From: an uncultured virus (IMG/VR IMGVR_UViG_3300030118_003168)
Lineage: Duplodnaviria; Heunggongvirae; Uroviricota; Caudoviricetes
Virus record (IMG/VR): IMGVR_UViG_3300030118_003168
Location: 1-64,000 of that record
Strand: one strand, 5' to 3'
Length of the DNA stretch: 64,000 nt
This document shows, in pieces, positions 59,301 through 64,000 of this stretch. The notes under the pieces are model-generated. The model saw only the letters and a list, made by a program, of their open reading frames with translations, was not told the DNA's origin and ran no database searches. Made by a program: the position numbers and the translations under genes. Within the stretch, counting starts at the first letter, position 1. Each line of letters starts with the position of its first letter.

Positions 59301-60358
59301 GAATGCAATCTAACAGTTTTAGTCTTACATTTGATAGTCTGAAAGAATTAAAAGGAATAGTTAGCCTTAGTGAAATAATTACTTTAAATGTAGGGAAAAA
59401 TTTTAACAAAGATAGCAAACGATGTTTGATAGGAAATACTGTAAATATTGTTCAAGAATCTGAAGAACTGGCTAAAAGTTTATTAGAAAAAGAAAACATA
59501 AGTTTCACTTCTATAAATGAACCTAGTTATCCTTTATTTACTGCTCCTAACTTTCAAGGAAATGATTTGTTATCCGCTACTAGATTTTTATTAGGTAAAA
59601 AAGATAGAGATATTGAAGTTATTGATGGTAATTTTGTGATTGATGATGAAGAAGCGACTAATAAATATGCAAATGTATTATTATCAGAAAACAGTAAATA
59701 TCAAATATATGAATTTGAAAAACAAAAAACGACCTTTTCTTTCTATAATGAAGTCATTGTTTATGGTAGTTCGCATAAATCAATTAAAAAAGATTTACGA
59801 AGCGTTAAAAAGATAGGAAGAAAAACATTAGAAGTGTTTGATAATAAATTAATTACTCAAGAAGATGTGGATAAAGAAGCAAGAGAACTATTGAAACTGC
59901 ACTCTCAATTAAATGAGTCGTATAAAGTCACGGTATCAACAACGGGATTAGAACAAATAAAAAGCGGAGACATAATACAATTTGAACTTAAAAGAGAAAA
60001 TGTAGATAGAGATGAATATATTATATTATCCGTAGAACATAGACTCTCTAATCTTATGGAATTAGAATTAGGAAAATATGCTAAATCATTGGATGATAGA
60101 TTAGTAGAAATTTTACAGGAAACTAAAGATACTAAATCTCACTTAAGAAGTAAACAATTCGCTGAAAAAACAGAAACCATTGAAACCTTAGATACTATTA
60201 AAATTAAGGAAATAAGAACATTAATAAGAAAAAGAAGCACTACTGGAAATCCTCTCACGCTTGGCTTTGGAACAAATCTAAATACAAGTAGCGTTGAACT
60301 AGGATTTGAGGGTGGGCAAACTATCACGATTACAAATTTAAGGGAGGAAAACATATGA
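53360..60358 (+). CDS. Very large tail tip/hub protein (2332 aa)
   Basis: VEGRDIMSKIL and YNEVIVYG...GDIIQ hub-like motifs flanking long beta-rich inserts. Confidence 0.65.
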   Translation: MAIRVLNKGELTPSSASNQNTSNNPMVHCDNLVSSTNPLAVIIYPDDTTSETIQRIVLAADMLTDYSNLEKTEGNTLKVYDSFSQEGIDLSSLTDITTHHYFVMVHSDNHLLHHFAKITEIHTTDAFGDSIKFEPSLGNEINHGVKFKLFKGPAVNSDFISIGLGIKKDLQNSLQVARPYFWFNRDVNELESNTKHFIRVKEITVGTSLNLSTSSSDTTFLVSQNYANEIKDYGKFTLKTKLVDNLRNLDIEGFTPITFTGDMHAVNHPDEIRNITGISSGTINDLLYRGIVRNNVPDGTYVTEILSSNSIRISQNVTAAVSTTSFTVSHSNESHALASNDLTDYETSFFNARRDADDLILPSASNYTSRGPTRYLHYDFSKDKANYSYNVIDLKINESIKGKTSFSETQIADMMKIYPNKLELHSPMRARQRLSRDKLNKFVDTGLSVGANGMLTGNDGLGNQIVSVHIVNVNSYFTTGEEIKIEDRLYIILSINSGTNTITLLQADTTIDGSPNTYSRLETESSYTDIGTPTINVGDSVFRRAYSPFNKTLINSFDLISNRHEDLYLITTSQNATYNYFKCSAIDASNNLLTFTVNLDKYLEEGLHLNNDYYLYYEKLNGTIEVLDYYRTDGQSIMRVEGRDIMSKILSPVVNNDTLFSEDIIYSSFGTINHLEQIGFVEASFNSQVINIKDTSNVSASITLIAGDKLYVRSKSNFFKPLGTVLTGNTGNQFNLERESNVECGGDTFTNGGVFELYKAVKNGSQPVKNYIFNKALSSNILVDSVTSLSGSSNKGLYFTSGVSLNNLGNDDTPLVNTSSSTDSRAIGYHISKVSGDIDGADYQCVLGDGASTESHENILTINTLMDFSVISVKENDGGKIIEIAPYIPATLGRLESNLANNYDATKTSIGFTLGDALITDLQNFINVSSSDSSYVALSELFIRRNDSVFINDRFVGFALEQHLSENHCFIVLDRQVFYETGQTVTIIHNRFGLSKGTLGDGPSSDNKNTHELELINVGHLHGGKIISNVFDYESVNGLRTFDFGLKYNDGSEITSFEKFGNPSYAIYSLEKGDNTNYAASYKVNFHRDTYAKVKSRLVDSSNIYNHLPIEGRGFYTPTYSNFDDKQIGVSSTLQTYGYPSTFPFIIASGNVFSTAANAQLVAGKFNTNTSQNIQIRKKSVDRMFLFVNSDENPYHENRLDSLCNPLRTRNISDYGIVGLLPLKNTNTQDDNNQDINTQRHTNVDEEYSFSNIVSSDKSINSLMNVGIMRLTEVVVDWSFNQIDPEDIQDEMITDAAVKEIFTPITLEEDGVAIYAQAGSYNVGGNPSSIQFYDAPTGGNIVNFASTLVEAGDAIIADGTGFLIGFCLNNNPNSLMSDALFANSSKSAYYIGEVKKIKKANIAGSDLKGRQKDTFMGFDDTLSMLRTGYFNSPAHTSTQKQLVLDNNSLLPIHAHSGGSTPAESLSWFALQFNDSNGNKVGFFFWFNVENSDGNQIDTIPAEYANNFSPHSDGITYTSVEIQLSNGYSSTDFHAALATAFDSVNLRTNHVFGGNQANDSDAATYGGTTVTQLRTKRAAPSNFYQTTSTLNHHPDSTVTTVNVDITADNTGWGGNPSAYYNKWSEILGGQINNYVSIPRKGGTYLPVSITTQYTSTPTFYSDILTNIAGSPLSTSFADISTTDVNELKYTDFIPVALRGFVIEDSKGKKKINAGESFPKIKSLFRKNISSSHTIFGLTSEYSTWFNKYKYYMDAGVTKEENADLPNEGNGLKIGFKPRLDASLATLISGTQRSNSGNRIYNYSFNTNNTKLSWLRDLDLTGCYLVRVSGTNIDNNYFVEGFGFAYVISHEIDPSDSNKVILTTSTNLGPNTYRILQPNHTCFYDFTPTQINIGQLSSSYTKKPKIDECYEDSLKSHALDDVSMDNDSINDQEAIGSVYVLIDLTGDVSSGDKIINTSMRREFFDNLPTTICLSDGEETFKTGMQSNSFSLTFDSLKELKGIVSLSEIITLNVGKNFNKDSKRCLIGNTVNIVQESEELAKSLLEKENISFTSINEPSYPLFTAPNFQGNDLLSATRFLLGKKDRDIEVIDGNFVIDDEEATNKYANVLLSENSKYQIYEFEKQKTTFSFYNEVIVYGSSHKSIKKDLRSVKKIGRKTLEVFDNKLITQEDVDKEARELLKLHSQLNESYKVTVSTTGLEQIKSGDIIQFELKRENVDRDEYIILSVEHRLSNLMELELGKYAKSLDDRLVEILQETKDTKSHLRSKQFAEKTETIETLDTIKIKEIRTLIRKRSTTGNPLTLGFGTNLNTSSVELGFEGGQTITITNLREENI

Positions 60359-60693
60359 TAACTAATGAATTAAAAAGTTATTTGGCAGGACAATTAAAAG
60401 CAAGAATAGATACAGCACAGATAGGATTTGGAGGAAATAGCACAAGTCCTTCACAAAATACATTAGATGTTCCTAGTGGTTTTTCTACTTCAATAGTTAA
60501 ATCAGATTCAGATGAAAATGTTATTGAAGTAAAAGTTTCTATTGCTGGTTCTCTACTTACTGGTTCAGTTACTAGAGAAATGGGATTGTTTGATTCTTCA
60601 AATAATTTACTTAGTAGAATTAATTTTGAAGGAGTCGGCCCTTTTGCAAGTAATGAAACATTAGAGATATTTTTATTAATTGAGGTAGATTAA
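60355..60693 (+). CDS. Tail/baseplate-associated small protein
   Basis: MITN...IGFG...REMGLFD...LLSR pattern of tail-fibre attachment domains. Confidence 0.6.
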   Translation: MITNELKSYLAGQLKARIDTAQIGFGGNSTSPSQNTLDVPSGFSTSIVKSDSDENVIEVKVSIAGSLLTGSVTREMGLFDSSNNLLSRINFEGVGPFASNETLEIFLLIEVD

Positions 60694-60694
60694 G

Positions 60695-62833
60695 ATGACT
60701 GTAACAAACCCTAAATTTTTTGGACAAAGCACGACTGGAACTCCTAATCAAGTAGAAGATTCCGTAGATTTCCCGCATACTGGTTTATTAAAAGCATTAA
60801 GCACCGCTTCTTCAGGAAGATATGCTTTATCAGGATTTAATATTACACCCGCAGGAACAACTGGAATTACTGTTGCTGCTGGAGAAATTCTATATAACGG
60901 TAAAGTTACAACAGTTAATGGTGCTTCTCTTACTTTAAATGCTACTTACACAAATGGTTATCATTTACTTGTAGCACCAAGACCTACTAATGAAGACGGA
61001 AACGGAGCAACTCCATTAACTTCAACCGTTGTTCTAAGAAATCCTACTGCTGCAAATAAAGTGGCAGAATATACTTTAGGAGATACAATTATTGCAGTTA
61101 TTACTCATACTGGTTCAGACCCTCATATTCAATATTTAACTTATGATAAAACTTCTCAAGCGTTCAGTATTGCACATGATAATTCAATAGATGGAACAGG
61201 AACAACATATACCGAAATGGGAACTATTGAGGCTACTGCTACTGGAATAGTGATTCAACAAGATTCTGCAACTAACTTAGGAAACATACAAATCAAAAAC
61301 AATGACCAAGATAGAGATATTATTTTTACTATGGACGATGGAGGCGTTGAAAAATCAATTACATTAAATGCTGATATTGCTACTGCTCAATTTGGTGATT
61401 TCAGTATTACTACAAATGGCTCAGTAACCGCTAATGGAGTTACATTAACAGGTGGAGGAACAGTTACTAATCATGGTGCGGATAGATTAATTACTTCAGG
61501 AGCAGCAAATACAGATTTAATTGGTGAATCAAATTTAACATTTAATGGTTCAACTAATACTTTAGCAGTTACAGGAGGAATTACTGGAACAACTCTTGAA
61601 ACAACTGGTTTAATTACAACAACTGCAAATAACATTACTGCTCCTGCTGGTTCAGTTTCAGCAGTTTCAATTGGTGCTGGAACAAACGGATTATCTAATT
61701 TAGGTAAATATACTCAATCACAAGAATTAGCGGCTGATGCTGCTTCGGGATTTGGAATTACTACTCATGGTCATGTTAGTATATCAGAAGCATTAACACC
61801 CGCTAATCTAATTAATTGTTCTAAAGAACACTATTATGTTGGATTAGATACACAAGCACAAGCGACTCATTCAGGTCAAGGAACTCCAATTTCACCCACA
61901 GGAATAAATGCTGTAACAGAATATGGATTATTAACAAAAGCAAATGAAGCAAATAGGCTTGCTAGTGATGCACTTGCTCATACATATAATGTAGATGATG
62001 TATTTGGCGGCCATACTTTCTTTGTAGGGATTCAAAGACCTGAATCTCATGTAGGAGGAACAGTTAGTATTACTAACATTACTGCTTTTTATCTTTATGT
62101 TGTTGTAGGAAATGAATCTGCTGGTGACCCTTCATTATATGAACAAAGAAGAAGAATGAATGGAGGTCTTTGGAAATCTGTTCATACTGTTACTGGTTTT
62201 AATCATGTAGGAAATACTCGTTGTGTTAGTATGAGTAATATACTTCTTGGTGGTGCTTTACACACATCAACTTTTTATGATATTTCTACATCATTTGGCG
62301 GTGATTTAGATGCTATTTTAGTTAAACCAAGAGAAACAATTACCTTATCTTCTCTTGAAATAACAGGAGAAGGAGGCGGAACACACGGACATGATGTATT
62401 TCAAGAACAGGGTTTAGCACATGCACAAAGCGGAAATAACGGACAATGGTTTTTAAAAGGAGTTTCAGGAGGTTCAGGGTTTGCTCATGTAGTAAATATA
62501 ACTGATGGTTTTTTGCATATTCCTGTTGCTATGACTGGAACAACTTTTATTTGCACAGGAACAAATCAAATACTATTACCTAATTCTCCGCCAATAGGGA
62601 CACAATATTCTTTTTTGGTAAAAGCGGGAACAACTTCTTTAAATAGACCTGACATAACTAGCGGCATTCCACCTACTAATTTTCATTTATGCCCATCAGC
62701 AGTTCAAAATGGGGGACAAGATGAATTTTATGAATTATCTTCATCTTCTTCTGCATCTCCATTAAGTATTACTGCTGGTAATGGTAAAACAGTAATTTAT
62801 ACATCAAGTCAAAATTGGGAAGTTATTGGGTGA
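60695..62833 (+). CDS. Tail fibre / receptor-binding protein
   Basis: Gly/Thr-rich; ITVAAG and GESNLTFNGS fibre-like motifs. Confidence 0.65.
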   Translation: MTVTNPKFFGQSTTGTPNQVEDSVDFPHTGLLKALSTASSGRYALSGFNITPAGTTGITVAAGEILYNGKVTTVNGASLTLNATYTNGYHLLVAPRPTNEDGNGATPLTSTVVLRNPTAANKVAEYTLGDTIIAVITHTGSDPHIQYLTYDKTSQAFSIAHDNSIDGTGTTYTEMGTIEATATGIVIQQDSATNLGNIQIKNNDQDRDIIFTMDDGGVEKSITLNADIATAQFGDFSITTNGSVTANGVTLTGGGTVTNHGADRLITSGAANTDLIGESNLTFNGSTNTLAVTGGITGTTLETTGLITTTANNITAPAGSVSAVSIGAGTNGLSNLGKYTQSQELAADAASGFGITTHGHVSISEALTPANLINCSKEHYYVGLDTQAQATHSGQGTPISPTGINAVTEYGLLTKANEANRLASDALAHTYNVDDVFGGHTFFVGIQRPESHVGGTVSITNITAFYLYVVVGNESAGDPSLYEQRRRMNGGLWKSVHTVTGFNHVGNTRCVSMSNILLGGALHTSTFYDISTSFGGDLDAILVKPRETITLSSLEITGEGGGTHGHDVFQEQGLAHAQSGNNGQWFLKGVSGGSGFAHVVNITDGFLHIPVAMTGTTFICTGTNQILLPNSPPIGTQYSFLVKAGTTSLNRPDITSGIPPTNFHLCPSAVQNGGQDEFYELSSSSSASPLSITAGNGKTVIYTSSQNWEVIG

Positions 62834-62837
62834 TTAA

Positions 62838-63596
62838 ATGGATAATCCTTTATTTCTCGTTACTAAGGGCTTAAAGGCTAAAAAGAAGCGTTTAGGCGGT
62901 GGCGGTGGCGGTAGCGGTGCGTTTCCAACAGGAAGTTCGCCCCATGAATTAGGAATTGTAAGTTTTACAGAAGAAACAGGCTCACCGCCATTTAATACGC
63001 ATACTATGGCAAGTGTTTTTATTAGAGATTCAGCCACAATTAACCCTTCAAATGGTAATCCTATCGGCCATGCTACTGTAAAGAATAGTGGCGGAACAAA
63101 TATAAATAGCGCAACTCAACCAGAAATAAATGTTGCTGATTATATTGCTACAATACTACAAGGAGAAACAGCCCCAAATACAGACGCAAATAGTTTTCCT
63201 CATTTAGCAGGAACTAGAATGGAAAGAGGAGAAATACAAATTTCAACTAATAATTTTACTGAAGATATATTTTTAATGTTTATGTTTTCAGGATATAATC
63301 AATCTGGTTCATTTAATCAGGGTAGTGGAAATGTTAATTTAGCAGTAAATACTAGCAATTTAACTATGACACTAGCAAATCCAAATCCATTCAATATAGG
63401 TGGAAGCAACCCAATATCGGGTAGGGTTGATATTACATTTCATACTTCATTACTTTCAAGCCAACATGAAATTATATTAGAGTTTAAAGCAGATGCAATA
63501 GGAAAAGCGGGAACAGGAACAACGGCAACAACATCACCAATTGCAGGAGCAACAAAGGTTGGTTCTTGTTATCTTAAAATAGTCTTTACTGCCTGA
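62838..63596 (+). CDS. Putative virion/fibre-associated protein
   Basis: Poly-Gly linker followed by a beta-rich domain; last late gene. Confidence 0.6.
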   Translation: MDNPLFLVTKGLKAKKKRLGGGGGGSGAFPTGSSPHELGIVSFTEETGSPPFNTHTMASVFIRDSATINPSNGNPIGHATVKNSGGTNINSATQPEINVADYIATILQGETAPNTDANSFPHLAGTRMERGEIQISTNNFTEDIFLMFMFSGYNQSGSFNQGSGNVNLAVNTSNLTMTLANPNPFNIGGSNPISGRVDITFHTSLLSSQHEIILEFKADAIGKAGTGTTATTSPIAGATKVGSCYLKIVFTA

Positions 63597-63634
63597 TTTA
63601 AGCGAACAAAATTTCCACTAAGGGTTAAAAAACC

Positions 63635-63675
63635 AAAAAAAAAGTTGAGGGGCTATTGCCCCCCAACGGTTTTTT
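63635..63675. terminator. Bidirectional terminator-like hairpin between convergent units
   Basis: A-run, GTTGAGGGGC-TATT-GCCCCCCAAC, T-run. Confidence 0.6.
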
Positions 63676-63805
63676 CTGACCATATGCCTTTACAAGCCCT
63701 ACATTCCCACAATTTTATTTGTTCAGTAGAACCTACATAAAAGCCTAAAAGTCTTTTTGCTACTGTATATTCATTACAGTAGATACATTTTTGCTTTAAT
63801 CCCAT
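63653..63805 (-). CDS. Small Zn-ribbon protein (50 aa)
   Basis: Hand-translated MGLKQKCIYC...WECRACKG. Confidence 0.6.
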   Translation of the reverse strand: MGLKQKCIYCNEYTVAKRLLGFYVGSTEQIKLWECRACKGIWSEKTVGGQ

Positions 63806-63809
63806 GTCA

Positions 63810-63965
63810 TCACTTAATGTTCTTATCTTCGCCCATTAAACGCTTCATGTATTCTTCAACGCTTTCATCAGTAACCGAAGTTCCACCGAAAGCAGCGAAA
63901 AACAGAAGCATTAGAACGACGATGAAAACAAACAAGCCGAACCATTCCCAACCAGTCATTACCAT
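63810..63965 (-). CDS. Small single-pass membrane protein (51 aa)
   Basis: Hand-translated MVMTGWEWFGLFVFIVVLMLLFFAAFGG...; GGAGGTGA RBS. Confidence 0.6.
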   Translation of the reverse strand: MVMTGWEWFGLFVFIVVLMLLFFAAFGGTSVTDESVEEYMKRLMGEDKNIK

Positions 63966-64000
63966 TTCACCTCCAAATCTAAATATTCTCCTTTTTCAAC

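Noticed and set aside
10334..63596. Alternative genetic code
   Set aside because: Genes are long and tightly packed under the standard code, using TAA, TGA and TAG stops.
53360..63596. Diversity-generating retroelement targeting tail fibres
   Set aside because: No reverse transcriptase and no template/variable repeat pair noticed in the window.

Overview
This window is part of the genome of a tailed (HK97-type, siphovirus-like) archaeal virus. It most resembles the viruses of marine Group II Euryarchaeota ('magroviruses'); this is an inference from GGTGA/GGAGG ribosome-binding sites, TATA-like leaderless promoters, AT-rich DNA and an ATP-dependent ligase inside the head module. 1-5.1 kb (- strand): small Zn-ribbon genes, a pyrimidine-dimer glycosylase-like gene, an SF1 helicase, tRNA-Leu(TAA) and a family of stem-bulge-stem ncRNA candidates. 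5.1-5.7 kb: AT-rich, repeat-rich divergent intergenic region (origin-like). 5.7-10.2 kb: an array of single-gene cassettes, bounded by ten copies of a CAAAG..CCATATGG..CTTTG palindrome and each ended by a GC hairpin; one cassette is non-coding and highly structured. 10.3-63.6 kb (+ strand): late region with terminase, LAGLIDADG protein, portal, ligase, prohead protease/scaffold, major capsid protein, a small-GTPase/membrane module, tail tube, frameshifted tail chaperones, tape measure and tail/fibre genes. The most striking signal is that about 16 otherwise unrelated late proteins share an N-terminal M-x-W-x-x-I-L-K leader resembling the scaffold C-terminus, suggesting a capsid-targeting and lysine-cleavage cargo system. 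All functional calls are from motif reading; no searches were run.
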